In this document: positions 39,438 through 48,947 of the stretch, in pieces | Numbering within the stretch: the first letter of the stretch is position 1 | Layout of the letters: every line of letters begins with the position of its first letter | From: Patescibacteria group bacterium | GTDB lineage: Bacteria; Patescibacteriota; Patescibacteriia; 2-12-FULL-57-11 | Length of the DNA: 64,000 nt | Reading direction: 5' to 3' | Assembly (NCBI GenBank): GCA_004297205.1 | Contig: SCUL01000002.1 | Span: 381,418 to 445,417 of the forward strand | The notes under the pieces: generated by a model | Told to the model about the DNA's origin: nothing | Databases searched by the model: none | The model's input: only the letters and a program-made list of their open reading frames with translations | Translations under genes and position numbers: made by a program

Positions 39438-40628
39438 TCAGGAAGAATTGGTTGCAAGGAGCATACGCGCTTTCCCGTCGTCGGACAAGTCCCGCGCCCG
39501 GACGATGAGGATGGCCAGAAAGACGTACCAGGAAACTGCCAGGGGCAGCGGCATGGCGCCGCCCGCGAGGAACGCGCCGGGGACCGCATCGCACCAGGCC
39601 AGCAGCACGAGCAGGAACCGGACGGGAACGGCCAAGGCCAGGCCGACGGCGCGGCCGAGGTCCGGCAGGATGCCGGCTGCGGCAAGCAGCGCTCCCCCGC
39701 CGATGGTCAAGAGCGGCACGAACGGCGCCGCCAGGATGTTGGCAAGCGGCGACACGGCCGAGAACGTCCCAAAGGTCCCAAGCGCGACCGGCAGCGTGGC
39801 GAGTTGCGCGGCGAGGCCGTCCGCGGCGGTGCCGCGCAGGAATTCCGGCGCTCGGCGGATGAAATGCATCGTCTCCAGCCGCGCCGCGATCGGCGGCGTC
39901 AGCCAGAGCAGGCCGCCCGTTGCCGTGAACGACAGGGCGAAGCTGACGCTCGTGAGCGCGGCAGGATCGAGCGCGAGCATGATGCAGGCCGCGGCAATGA
40001 GCAGGTTGGCGCTGTCCGGTTTTCGTCCGAGTTCGCGCGCGGCAAGGACGAGGAGCGCCATGAACGCGGCGCGCACGACCGGCGGCTCCGCGCCGGCGAA
40101 CAGCGCAAAGGCGCAGACCGCGCCCGCAGCACCGATCGCGACCGCACGCCGCCGCAACCTGAGGGCGAACAGCAGTGAGACGAGCGTGCCCGCGGCGATG
40201 GTCACGTTGGCACCGGAGACGGCCAGCAGATGTGACGTGCCGGTGCGCCGGAAACGCAACGTCAACCAGCGCGGCATCCCGGTGGTGTCGCCGACGCTCA
40301 TGCCCAACAGCAGCGTTCCCTCCGGTCCCGGCGCGGCCCGGCGCACGGCGCGCACCGACGCGGCGCGCAGTCCGGCGAACGATTCGGTCGGCAGCGCGAT
40401 CGTCGGCCCGCGCGGCCGCAACGCGCCGACCACAAACACGATTGCGGCGATCACCAAGACGCGCCGCGCAGACGGCAGGCGCAAAACGGCGGCGGCACAC
40501 ACGCCGATGCCGACCGCAAGCGCAACGGGGTATCGCGCGAAGGCCAGGCCGAGCAGGAACGCCAAGCCGCAAACGCGGAACGTCTTGGACGGCGACCCGG
40601 CGCTCTTCGCCAAAAACGAAAGCGGCAT
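39438..40628 (-). CDS. comEC: ComEC/Rec2-family competence membrane protein (competence domain only, no metallo-beta-lactamase domain)
   Basis: 396 aa, polytopic. Conserved HLLAVSGANV motif. Confidence 0.75.
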   Translation of the reverse strand: MPLSFLAKSAGSPSKTFRVCGLAFLLGLAFARYPVALAVGIGVCAAAVLRLPSARRVLVIAAIVFVVGALRPRGPTIALPTESFAGLRAASVRAVRRAAPGPEGTLLLGMSVGDTTGMPRWLTLRFRRTGTSHLLAVSGANVTIAAGTLVSLLFALRLRRRAVAIGAAGAVCAFALFAGAEPPVVRAAFMALLVLAARELGRKPDSANLLIAAACIMLALDPAALTSVSFALSFTATGGLLWLTPPIAARLETMHFIRRAPEFLRGTAADGLAAQLATLPVALGTFGTFSAVSPLANILAAPFVPLLTIGGGALLAAAGILPDLGRAVGLALAVPVRFLLVLLAWCDAVPGAFLAGGAMPLPLAVSWYVFLAILIVRARDLSDDGKARMLLATNSS

Positions 40629-40830
40629 ACCTCTCTAGTATGCCGCGCGCGATGTCGTGAGAAATGTCAAGCCCACCATCGGCGTCCCGAGAAGCCGCAC
40701 GACGAGGTACCCGATCATTGGGTCGGATATCCCTCGCTGCCGCTCGGGACGACGATATCCTTCGACTCCCGTCCAGGATAAAAAAGAGGTCCCGCGAGGC
40801 GCCTGTCGAACGCAGGTGAACATGCGAGAC

Positions 40831-41457
40831 CTATCTGTCAGTCGATACTGTAGGTGAGCGCGGGATCTCGAATACCACGAGGCTCGACTTGGTGCAATTG
40901 CCGCTCTGGTGACGGATGCATCCGTTTCTCCTCCCGCTGCGAACGACCAAGTCGTGTCTCTTTCCGTAGATCCAGATATCGTGATGCGAAAGATCATCCC
41001 TCAGTGCAAGACGGACGGCCGCCTCTTCCGGACAAAGTGCGAGACCGATGCCGAGGGCCTGCGACACGACCCTGTTTCGCGAACCATAGCTGTTGATCCC
41101 TAGATCCTTGGCCTTGACGCAGGCCAAGTCGATCTCCCCAGGACTCGGCACGATTTCGAAGTCCTCGAGCAAGACCGTCTCACGGAGCATCTTCTCGACC
41201 CGGTCTTCTCCGTAAATCTTGTTCTGCTCTTCCCAGTGCCGTCTGAGCAAATCTGCCAGTTCCGCTCGCGAGTGCGCGCCGATCTGGATGGTTTTCCAGA
41301 TCATGTAGCGCGGTGGCGACGCACGGGGTTGCCAGGCTTCGGGCCAAGGATTCTCCTTATTGAGGAACTTCTCGAATGCCCTGAGCCACTGATCGCCATC
41401 GACTTCTCGAAGCCGAGACAGGAACTTGTGGAGCAGGAACGCCAGATTATCGGTCAA
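40831..41457 (-). CDS. Hypothetical protein in an AT-richer islet; C-terminal Rx4-6H (HEPN-like) motif
   Basis: 208 aa. Its codon usage is visibly less GC-rich than the neighbours (many K/E/I/N). No TM helices. C-terminal RRNGCIRH matches the minimal HEPN Rx4-6H pattern. Upstream and downstream flanks are non-coding and AT-richer. Confidence 0.4.
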   Translation of the reverse strand: MTDNLAFLLHKFLSRLREVDGDQWLRAFEKFLNKENPWPEAWQPRASPPRYMIWKTIQIGAHSRAELADLLRRHWEEQNKIYGEDRVEKMLRETVLLEDFEIVPSPGEIDLACVKAKDLGINSYGSRNRVVSQALGIGLALCPEEAAVRLALRDDLSHHDIWIYGKRHDLVVRSGRRNGCIRHQSGNCTKSSLVVFEIPRSPTVSTDR

Positions 41458-41546
41458 ATTGTCCTTTCCTCTCTGGCACCAGGTGCCTCACCGCAACATG
41501 CGAGCGGCAGTACGAACCTGCATGAAAAACAACGCCCTGTCAACCC

Positions 41547-43370
41547 CTATTCCACCGTCACGCTCTTCGCCAGATTGCGCGGCTTGTCGACGTCGTACCC
41601 TTTGGCGACGGCCGTCTCGTAGGCCAGCATCTGCATCGGAATGAGCGTCACGAGCGGCAGCAGCATTTCGTGGATCTCCGGGATCGGGAAAAAGACGTCG
41701 GACAGCGCGGCGAGTTCCGCGTCGCCCTGCGTGCCGATGGCAATGATCTTGGCGGAACGGGCGCGGATCTCCTGGACGTTCGAGAGCGTCTTTTCGCGCA
41801 CGCTGTCCTTGGGCGCGAGCACCACGCATGGGAAGGTGCCGGTCAGGAGCGCGATCGGCCCGTGCTTCATCTCCCCCGCCGGATACGCTTCGGCGTGGAT
41901 GTAGGCGATCTCCTTCAGCTTCAAGGCGCCCTCGAGCGCGATCGGGTACGTCATCTTCCGGCCGAGGTAGAAAGCCGACGGCGCATCTTTGAGGAGCGCC
42001 ACCGCCGGAGCAAGCTCGGCGCGCCGCGCCAAGATGTCGTCGATGATCGTCGGAAGTTGGCCGAGCTGGCGCAGCACGTCGCGCCCGTCGGCGACGGACA
42101 TCTCGCGCAGCCGGCCCATCAGGAACGCGAGCAGGGTAAGCACCGTGAGCTGGCCGAGGAATGCTTTGGTCGAAGCCACGCCGATTTCCGGACCGGCGTT
42201 GATGAAAATGCCGCCGTCAGTTTCCCGCGCAATCGAAGAGGCGAGCACGTTCGAAATGCCATAGACCTTGAGCCCTTTGCGCTTGAGTTCGCGCAGCGCG
42301 GCCAAGGTGTCGGCAGTCTCCCCGGACTGGCTGACGACCAGCACGAGCGCGTCGTCCTCGACGTGGATCCGCTTGTAACGGAACTCGCTGGCCGCGACGA
42401 CGTCGGTGGGGATGCCGGCGAACTCTTCAAAGAGGTACTTGCCGACCATGCCGGCGTAGGAGGCGCTGCCGCAGCCGATGATGACGACGCGCCGCTTGGC
42501 GCGCAGTTCGCTCATGGTCAGGTTGAGCCCGCCAAAACGCACCATGGCGTCGTCCGCAAGCACGCGCCCCATGGCCGCGCGCCGGACGACTTCCGGCTGT
42601 TCGTGCATTTCCTTGAGCATGTAGTGCGGCCACTGCCCCTTTTCGTACTTGTCGGCCTCGTGCGCGAGATGCTCGACGGGCTTTTCCACCCAGATGTTGT
42701 CGAGCGTCATGGCGCGGAAGCCTTCGCGCGAGATGCGCACCAGCTCGCCGTCGTTCAGGTAGACGATGTCCTTCGTGAACGGCAGAATTGCCCCGATGTC
42801 GGACGCCACAAAATGTTCGTGGAGACCGACGCCCATCACGAGCGGACTGCCACGGCGCGCCGCGACGATCAAGTTCGGCTGGTCGGCAACGACGACCGCG
42901 ACCGCATAGGCGCCGCGTACGTCCTGCAACGCCAAGCGCACCGCCTCGCCCAGATTTTCTCGGTAATGTTTTTCGATGAGGTGCGCCAGGACTTCCGTGT
43001 CGGTCTCGGAACGGAAACGGTGGCCCTCATCTTCGAGCCGGCGCTTGAGGTGCTGGAAATTCTCAATGATGCCGTTGTGCACGACGGCGATCTTTCCGCC
43101 GCAGTCGAGATGCGGGTGGGCGTTCACCTCGGACGGTGCGCCGTGGGTGGCCCAGCGGGTGTGGGCGATGCCGAGCGTCTCTTGGGTCTCGGCGGGCAGA
43201 AGCGCGGCCAGCTCGGCTACCTTGCCGGCTGCTTTGGTGACGGCCAGGCCCGCGGACGTGAGACGCGCCACGCCCGCCGAGTCGTAGCCGCGGTATTCCA
43301 AACGCCGCAGCCCTTCAAGAAGGAAGGGCATGGCCGGACGGTTGCCGATGTACCCGACGATGCCGCACAT
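41547..43370 (-). CDS. glmS: Glutamine--fructose-6-phosphate aminotransferase
   Basis: Trimmed to MCGIVGYIG (N-terminal nucleophile Cys). Two SIS domains; C-terminal KSVTVE. Confidence 0.95.
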   Translation of the reverse strand: MCGIVGYIGNRPAMPFLLEGLRRLEYRGYDSAGVARLTSAGLAVTKAAGKVAELAALLPAETQETLGIAHTRWATHGAPSEVNAHPHLDCGGKIAVVHNGIIENFQHLKRRLEDEGHRFRSETDTEVLAHLIEKHYRENLGEAVRLALQDVRGAYAVAVVVADQPNLIVAARRGSPLVMGVGLHEHFVASDIGAILPFTKDIVYLNDGELVRISREGFRAMTLDNIWVEKPVEHLAHEADKYEKGQWPHYMLKEMHEQPEVVRRAAMGRVLADDAMVRFGGLNLTMSELRAKRRVVIIGCGSASYAGMVGKYLFEEFAGIPTDVVAASEFRYKRIHVEDDALVLVVSQSGETADTLAALRELKRKGLKVYGISNVLASSIARETDGGIFINAGPEIGVASTKAFLGQLTVLTLLAFLMGRLREMSVADGRDVLRQLGQLPTIIDDILARRAELAPAVALLKDAPSAFYLGRKMTYPIALEGALKLKEIAYIHAEAYPAGEMKHGPIALLTGTFPCVVLAPKDSVREKTLSNVQEIRARSAKIIAIGTQGDAELAALSDVFFPIPEIHEMLLPLVTLIPMQMLAYETAVAKGYDVDKPRNLAKSVTVE

Positions 43371-43380
43371 ACCCCTGCAT

Positions 43381-44232
43381 CTACTCACGCCCGGCGAAGG
43401 CGCGCAACCGCTTCAGGAATTTTTTGACGCCGTGATCCTCCCCCATGCGCACGCGCGGCAGCGCCATGGGGTCGCTCGAGGTGGTCACGGTTCCCTCGCG
43501 GATGGTGAAGGCGAAGTCGATGCCGGCCTCCCTGAGCAGAGCGCGGACTGCCTCATTCTCTTCACCATTCGGATAGGCAAATGCGAAGATATTCTGCCCC
43601 ATCTCTCCATATCCCCTGTAATGAGGCAATTCGCGTTCTAAAAATTCTTTCGAAGACACGATCTCCTCACGCGCCTGTGCTTCTGGGATGCGCGTGAGTA
43701 TCTCATGCCAACGAGTATGCGGTTGCATACCCCAATCGTGTTCTTTCAGTTCGCTCAACATTTCCGGTGTCATGTAGGATGTAGCATGGTTGCTGACTGG
43801 ACCGGTCATTACGAAGACGGTTGCGAGGTAGCCGAATTCCTTCAGGATAGGAAAGGCGTTCGTGTACGTATCCCGGTTGCCATCGTCGAATGTGATGACG
43901 ACGCTTTTATCCAGCACTATGGGTTCGCCGCCGGAGCCCCGGTTGTCGCCGTCGAACGCATATAAAAGTTCTTCGAGCAATATAACGCTCCAACCATCAT
44001 CCTTGAGCGCCTGCATCTGGGCGCGAAAGGTGGAGGTTGAAACGAACAGGCCGTACGGATCGCGTGCGGGCACGACGCCGACGCGGTGGTACATGAGCAC
44101 CGGCACGCGCAGTTCGCCGACCGGCGCGACAGACGCAGGCGGCGAAAGTTGCGGCGCAACAGGCGGTCGCGGCGCGGGCGTGCAGCCGGCGCCGGCGAGC
44201 ATGACAGCGAGGATCAGCAAGGCGAATCGCAT
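43381..44232 (-). CDS. Polysaccharide deacetylase (NodB-homology) family protein, probable lipoprotein
   Basis: 283 aa with a signal peptide and Cys (MLAGAGC). NodB motifs are present (ITFDDG, HTRWH). The central part of the gene is AT-richer. Confidence 0.7.
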   Translation of the reverse strand: MRFALLILAVMLAGAGCTPAPRPPVAPQLSPPASVAPVGELRVPVLMYHRVGVVPARDPYGLFVSTSTFRAQMQALKDDGWSVILLEELLYAFDGDNRGSGGEPIVLDKSVVITFDDGNRDTYTNAFPILKEFGYLATVFVMTGPVSNHATSYMTPEMLSELKEHDWGMQPHTRWHEILTRIPEAQAREEIVSSKEFLERELPHYRGYGEMGQNIFAFAYPNGEENEAVRALLREAGIDFAFTIREGTVTTSSDPMALPRVRMGEDHGVKKFLKRLRAFAGRE

Positions 44233-44247
44233 ATGCGAAAGGCCGCG

Positions 44248-46656
44248 CTAGGCGGCCTTCTGCAGCACGATGCTGACAAGCTTCCCGGGGACGACCACGA
44301 TCTTTTCGATATGGCGGCCGCGGATCCACGTCTGGACCTTCTCGGAAGCGAGGACGCGGCCTTTGAGCGACTCCTCGTCGATGCCGGCGGGCACGATCAG
44401 CGCGTCGCGCATCTTGCCGTCCACTTGGACGACGATCTTCATTTCATCCTCGACGAGCAGTGCGGCGTCTGCGGTTGGCCAGTTCTGGCGGGCCACGCTC
44501 TCGTCGTAGCCGAGCCGCTCCCAAAGCTCCTCCGCAAGATGCGGCGCGAACGGCGAGAGCATCTGCAGGAAGGTCTCCCAATCCTGCTGCGGGACGCTTT
44601 CCGCCTTGCCGAAGGCGTTGACGAGAATCATCAGCGCGGAGACGGCCGTGTTGAACCGGAACCCCTCGATGTCCGCGGAGACCTTGGCGAGGGTCTGGTG
44701 CGTGAGACGGTGCAGCGCGGCGTCGGATGCCTGACCGACGTTCTCGGCGAGGCCGTGGGCGCGCTCGAGGAAACGGCGCACGCCGACGATGCCTTGTTCG
44801 TTCCACGGCGCGGCGTCCTCGAACGGGCCCATGAACATCTCGTAGATGCGGAAGGTGTCCGCGCCGTGCGCGGCCACGACGTCGTCGGGGTTGACCACGT
44901 TGCCGCGCGATTTCGACATCTTCTCCCCGTCTTCGCCAAGGATGAGGCCGACGTTGCGCAGGGTGCGGGCCGGCTCGTCGAACGGCAGCGCGCCCACGTC
45001 GAACAGCACCTTGGTGACGAAACGCGCGTAGAGCAGGTGGAGCACGGCGTGTTCGGCGCCGCCCACATAGAGGTCGACCGGGCACCACGCCGCGACGAGC
45101 GCCGGATCGAACGGCCGGTCGTCCTCGGTCGGCGAGCAGTAGCGCAAAAAGTACCAGGACGAATCGACGAACGTGTCCATGGTGTCGGATTCGCGGCGCG
45201 CCGGATTGCCGCAGCGCGGGCAGGAGACGTCATGGAAGCTCGCGGAGCGGGCAAGCGGCGACTCGCCGGTCGGCCGGAAGTCGACATCGTCCGGGAGCTC
45301 GACGGGCAGGTCCTTTTCGGGCACCGGCACTTCGCCGCAGTCGTCGCACAGGATGATCGGGATGGGCGCGCCCCAATAGCGCTGGCGCGAGACAAGCCAG
45401 TCGCGCAGGTGCCAGTGCACGGCGCGCGTGCCGGCCTTGACGGCCACGAGCGCGTCGACGATGTCCGTCGCGGCCTGGGCGTTCACGATGCCGTCATAGG
45501 GACCGGAGTTGACCATGATCCCCTCGCCCGTGTAGGCGCCCTCGCCGTGCTGGATGCCGGCGGGAGGCGCGATCACGAACAGCGGATCGAATCCGTACGC
45601 TTCGGCGAAGGCCCAGTCGCGGTCGTCGTGCGCCGGCACCACCATGACCGCGCCCGTGCCGTATTGGGGCAGGACGTAGTCGGCGATCCAGAGCGGAATG
45701 TTCGCGCCGGTCAGGGGATGGCGGACGGACACGCCGAGCGCCGTGCCGCGCTTCTGCACGCTCTCGGTGCGCTCGCGTTCGGCCTTGGCGGCCGCCTCGG
45801 TGACGAAGGCCTCGACGCGGTCGCGGAAGGCAGGAGCGGTGACGGTAGCGACCAGCGGATGCTCGGGGGCGAGCACCACGGCGACGACGCCGTAGAGCGT
45901 GTCGGGCCGCGTCGTGAAAACCGGCACGGAGAACTCTTCGCCGCTTTCCGTGACGCCCGCAAAGGCGATCTCCGCGCCCGTGCTCTTGCCGATCCAGTTG
46001 CGCTGCATGGCCTTGATCCGCTCCGGCCATTCGATGCCCTCGAGGCCGGCGAGCAGCCGGTCCGCGTAGGCGGTGATGCGGAAGAACCATTGCGACAGCT
46101 CCTTCTGCTCGACGGGCGTGCCGCAGCGTTCGCAGCAACCGTTCACGACCTGCTCGTTGGCCAACACGGTCTGGTCCTTGGGGCACCAGTTGACCGGCGC
46201 TTTGGCCTTGTACGCCAAGCCGCGTTCGTAGAGTTTCAGGAACAGCCACTGCGTCCATTTATAGTAGGAAGGGTCCGAGGTGTTGACCTCGCGCGTCCAA
46301 TCGTAGGAGAAACCGAGCGACTGGATCTGCCGGCGGAAGTTGTCGATGTTGGCCGCGGCGATCTCCTTGGGGTTCTTCTGGACCTTGATGGCGTAGTTTT
46401 CGGTCGGCAAGCCGAAGGCGTCCCAGCCCATGGGGTGCAGCACGCTCCAGCCTTCGGCCCGGCGTTTGCGCGCCACGACGTCGGTGGCGGTGTAGCCCTT
46501 GGGGTGCCCGACGTGGAGCCCCTGCCCCGAGGGGTACGGGAACATGTCGAGGACGTAGGCCTTCTTCCCGGTCGGGCGGTCGGGCGCGGCGAACGGCGCT
46601 TCCGCGCGCCAGCGCTCCTGCCATTTCTTTTCCAACGTGGCGTGGTCGTACCGCAT
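44248..46656 (-). CDS. leuS: Leucyl-tRNA synthetase
   Basis: 802 aa with a HIGH-type motif (HVGHPKGY), a KMSKS motif, and a CP1 editing domain. Confidence 0.95.
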   Translation of the reverse strand: MRYDHATLEKKWQERWRAEAPFAAPDRPTGKKAYVLDMFPYPSGQGLHVGHPKGYTATDVVARKRRAEGWSVLHPMGWDAFGLPTENYAIKVQKNPKEIAAANIDNFRRQIQSLGFSYDWTREVNTSDPSYYKWTQWLFLKLYERGLAYKAKAPVNWCPKDQTVLANEQVVNGCCERCGTPVEQKELSQWFFRITAYADRLLAGLEGIEWPERIKAMQRNWIGKSTGAEIAFAGVTESGEEFSVPVFTTRPDTLYGVVAVVLAPEHPLVATVTAPAFRDRVEAFVTEAAAKAERERTESVQKRGTALGVSVRHPLTGANIPLWIADYVLPQYGTGAVMVVPAHDDRDWAFAEAYGFDPLFVIAPPAGIQHGEGAYTGEGIMVNSGPYDGIVNAQAATDIVDALVAVKAGTRAVHWHLRDWLVSRQRYWGAPIPIILCDDCGEVPVPEKDLPVELPDDVDFRPTGESPLARSASFHDVSCPRCGNPARRESDTMDTFVDSSWYFLRYCSPTEDDRPFDPALVAAWCPVDLYVGGAEHAVLHLLYARFVTKVLFDVGALPFDEPARTLRNVGLILGEDGEKMSKSRGNVVNPDDVVAAHGADTFRIYEMFMGPFEDAAPWNEQGIVGVRRFLERAHGLAENVGQASDAALHRLTHQTLAKVSADIEGFRFNTAVSALMILVNAFGKAESVPQQDWETFLQMLSPFAPHLAEELWERLGYDESVARQNWPTADAALLVEDEMKIVVQVDGKMRDALIVPAGIDEESLKGRVLASEKVQTWIRGRHIEKIVVVPGKLVSIVLQKAA

Positions 46657-46701
46657 ACCGAAAGAGTGTAGCGGCAGCGGCCCCGCGTGGCAACGCCCTC
46701 C

Positions 46702-46926
46702 TTACGGCCGTGCGAGGTCGCGTTCGAAGGCTTCGGCGCGGACCGAGAACCGGTCGAGGCGCGCGGTGAGATCGCGCATCTCGACGCGGACGGCGCGGGC
46801 CTGCTCGCCGATCACCACGTACCAGGCGCCGACGAGGGCGAACGCCAACGCGACGACCAAGCCGCGCGCGCCGTCGGAGAGGCGCTTCGGACGCGACGGC
46901 GGCGCGGGATCGAGGAGACGCGGCAT
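46702..46926 (-). CDS. Small hypothetical membrane protein
   Basis: ORF trimmed to MPRLLDPAPP... (74 aa) with a single TM helix (LVVALAFALVGAWYVVI). Confidence 0.35.
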   Translation of the reverse strand: MPRLLDPAPPSRPKRLSDGARGLVVALAFALVGAWYVVIGEQARAVRVEMRDLTARLDRFSVRAEAFERDLARP

Positions 46927-46947
46927 ACGCCGAAAGTATAGCACAAC

Positions 46948-46976
46948 AAAAAACCCCGCGGTGCGGGATTTTTGTC
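46948..46976 (-). terminator. Rho-independent terminator (bidirectional-capable)
   Basis: In minus sense: aaaaauCCCGCaccGCGGGguuuuuug. In plus sense it is also followed by a T-rich run. Confidence 0.7.
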
Positions 46977-47176
46977 TTTGTGTTTCCTCCTGGGTTGTTA
47001 AGGAGCGCGCTGCGCGCGGTCCGGAACTGCCTGTCCGTCGTCCCCATGTGGGGCGCTTCCCGCGGACGGGTGGTTCCACGCGCGCCTGCCTGCCGGTAGG
47101 CAGGGAGTCCCTTGCCGGGGACTCACCGCGGGCGGGAAGAGGTGCACGCGGCGAGGACCCGCAAGCGACTGTTTCT
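46977..47176 (-). ncRNA. Candidate structured RNA / structured 3' region (unclassified)
   Basis: 200-nt non-coding GC-rich segment between the stop of the 47177..47569 gene and the terminator. It has a nested helix architecture. An outer 8-bp helix (CUUCCCGC/GCGGGAAG) encloses two perfect hairpins: GAGUCCC-CGGCAAG-GGGACUC and CCUGCC-UACC-GGCAGG. Further GC hairpins (CCCCA..UGGGG, GCGCGC..GCGCGC) follow. Strand is uncertain. Confidence 0.3.
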
Positions 47177-47569
47177 TTAGCGGGACGGATACGTGATGCT
47201 GACTTCCTGCCGGCGGACGAGTTTCGTCGGCGGCAGCTGCAGGATCGCGACTGCCTGGCGAATCGCTTCCTGGTCCCGCGCCTGCATCGCTTCGACGCGC
47301 GTCACGATCTCGCGCTGCATGCCGGCAGTGATCTCCGGTAGCACCGCGATGTTGCTGTCGAGACGGTGAATCGTCATTTCATAACCGCGACCGATGCCGT
47401 CGGCGGTCCCAACGATGACGTTGGTGCCGAGTGCGAACGTATGCGCGGGCGACGTGGCCAAGGCGAAGGAGAAGAGGAAGAGGAATACTGCGAAGAGCAG
47501 CGATTCCATGACATTCCCGTTCTTGCCGAACCACAACGAATCAAGCGCCGTTTGGTTTTTGTTTCCCAT
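47177..47569 (-). CDS. Small hypothetical secreted/membrane-anchored protein
   Basis: ORF trimmed to MGNKNQ..., preceded by GGAGGTGA. Hydrophobic signal-like segment MESLLFAVFLFLFSFALATSPA. The upstream region is AT-rich. Confidence 0.45.
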   Translation of the reverse strand: MGNKNQTALDSLWFGKNGNVMESLLFAVFLFLFSFALATSPAHTFALGTNVIVGTADGIGRGYEMTIHRLDSNIAVLPEITAGMQREIVTRVEAMQARDQEAIRQAVAILQLPPTKLVRRQEVSITYPSR

Positions 47570-47667
47570 ATCGTCACCTCCCTTCGATGTTTGTTTTTGG
47601 TCCGTTTTCGCCGGACCTGCGGCCCCGCCGTGGCGGGGAACTTCTTTCAGGATGAATGTAGTATAGC

Positions 47668-47697
47668 AAAAAAAGGGCCGCTTGTCAAAGCGGCCGC
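47668..47697 (-). terminator. Rho-independent terminator downstream of gdhA
   Basis: In minus sense: an 8-bp stem AAGCGGCC/GGCCGCUU with a UGAC loop, followed by cuuuuuuug. Confidence 0.75.
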
Positions 47698-47710
47698 TTC
47701 CCTCACGCAC

Positions 47711-48946
47711 TTAATACCACCCTTTTGCCTTCATCGCGGCGCAGATGCGTTCCAACGCGATGAGGTACGAAGCGGTCCGCAAGCTGCCGCCGCCGCGTTC
47801 GCGCGCCTCCCACGCCGCACGGAATGCCGGAACCATGATGTCCGACAGTTTTTGGAAAACCTCGTGCTCGCTCCAGTGCGCCCCCTCGCGGTTCTGTTGC
47901 CATTCAAGAAAACTGGTCGCGACGCCGCCGGCATTGGCGAGCACGTCCGGCACCACGACGACGCCGCGTTCCGCAAGAAGCCGATCGGCACCGGGCGTGG
48001 TCGGTCCGTTGGCGAGCTCGAGGACGACCTGGGCGCGGATACGCGGCGCGTTCTCTTCCGTGATGACGTTCTCGAGCGCCGAGGGCGCCAGGATGCCGCA
48101 CGGATGCTCCAGGAGTTCGGCGTTCGAGACGTCGCGGCTGCCGGGGAACCCGGAAACGCCGCCGTGCTCCTTTTTCCAGGCAGCCACGGCCTCCGGATCG
48201 AGCCCGGTCTCGGAGACGATGCCGCCGTGCGAGTCGGAAATGCCGGTGACCTGCCAGCCGTGGCGGTGGCAGAGCGCGGCGAACGACCGGCCGACGTTGC
48301 CGAAGCCTTGCACGACGACGGTCGCGGACTCCGGATCGATCCCGATCTTCTTTTGCAACTCCTGAAGCACGAAAAATCCGCCCTGGCCGGTGGCGGTGCC
48401 GCGGCCCTCGGAGCCGCCCAGCGCGACGGGCTTCCCGGTCACGACCGCGGGCGAACTGTTTCCGGTCAACTGGGCGTACTCGTCCATGATCCAGCCCATG
48501 ATCTCGGGCGTCGTGTTCACGTCCGGTGCCGGCACGTCGCGTTCCGGGCCGATGACGTCGGCGATGGCGCGCGTGAAAGCGCGGGTCAGCCGCTCCAGCT
48601 CCCCTTTCGACAGCGCCTTCGGATCGACGGTGATGCCGCCTTTGCCGCCGCCGAACGGCACGTCGACCACCGCGCATTTGATCGACATCCAAAAGGCGAG
48701 CGCCTGCACTTCGTCGAGGTCGGTTTGCGGGTGGTACCGCAAGCCGCCTTTGTACGGCCCGCGGGCGTTGTTGTACTGGACGCGGTAGCCCTCGAAGACA
48801 CGCAGGGAACCGTCATCCATCTTCACGGCGAGCGATACCTGCAGCGTGCGGCGCGGGTGGCGCAGCAGCTCGACCGCGGCCGGGTCAAACGTCCCGTGCG
48901 CGATGGCGGTTTCGAGTTGCGTCAGGGCGTTTGCAAACGCCGACAT
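47711..48946 (-). CDS. gdhA: NADP-specific glutamate dehydrogenase
   Basis: 411 aa. Contains the GDH active-site Lys region (VDVPFGGGKGG) and a Rossmann motif (GFGNVG). Confidence 0.95.
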   Translation of the reverse strand: MSAFANALTQLETAIAHGTFDPAAVELLRHPRRTLQVSLAVKMDDGSLRVFEGYRVQYNNARGPYKGGLRYHPQTDLDEVQALAFWMSIKCAVVDVPFGGGKGGITVDPKALSKGELERLTRAFTRAIADVIGPERDVPAPDVNTTPEIMGWIMDEYAQLTGNSSPAVVTGKPVALGGSEGRGTATGQGGFFVLQELQKKIGIDPESATVVVQGFGNVGRSFAALCHRHGWQVTGISDSHGGIVSETGLDPEAVAAWKKEHGGVSGFPGSRDVSNAELLEHPCGILAPSALENVITEENAPRIRAQVVLELANGPTTPGADRLLAERGVVVVPDVLANAGGVATSFLEWQQNREGAHWSEHEVFQKLSDIMVPAFRAAWEARERGGGSLRTASYLIALERICAAMKAKGWY

Positions 48947-48947
48947 G

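Noticed and set aside
40635-40997. 120-aa minus-strand ORF overlapping the end of the AT-rich orphan gene
   Set aside because: Different frame, non-protein-like composition. Region treated as 3' flank/intergenic. A frameshifted pseudogene cannot be fully excluded.
40831-41457. HNH endonuclease assignment for the AT-rich orphan gene
   Set aside because: The HH…N…C…H spacing only loosely resembles HNH. Kept only as an Rx4-6H/HEPN-like candidate.
46977-47176. RNase P RNA, tmRNA, SRP RNA or 6S RNA
   Set aside because: No GGAAAGUCCGG/ACAGAACCCGGCUUA (RNase P) and no GGAAGCAGCC-type SRP domain IV. No tRNA-like 3' end (tmRNA). Too short for RNase P or tmRNA.
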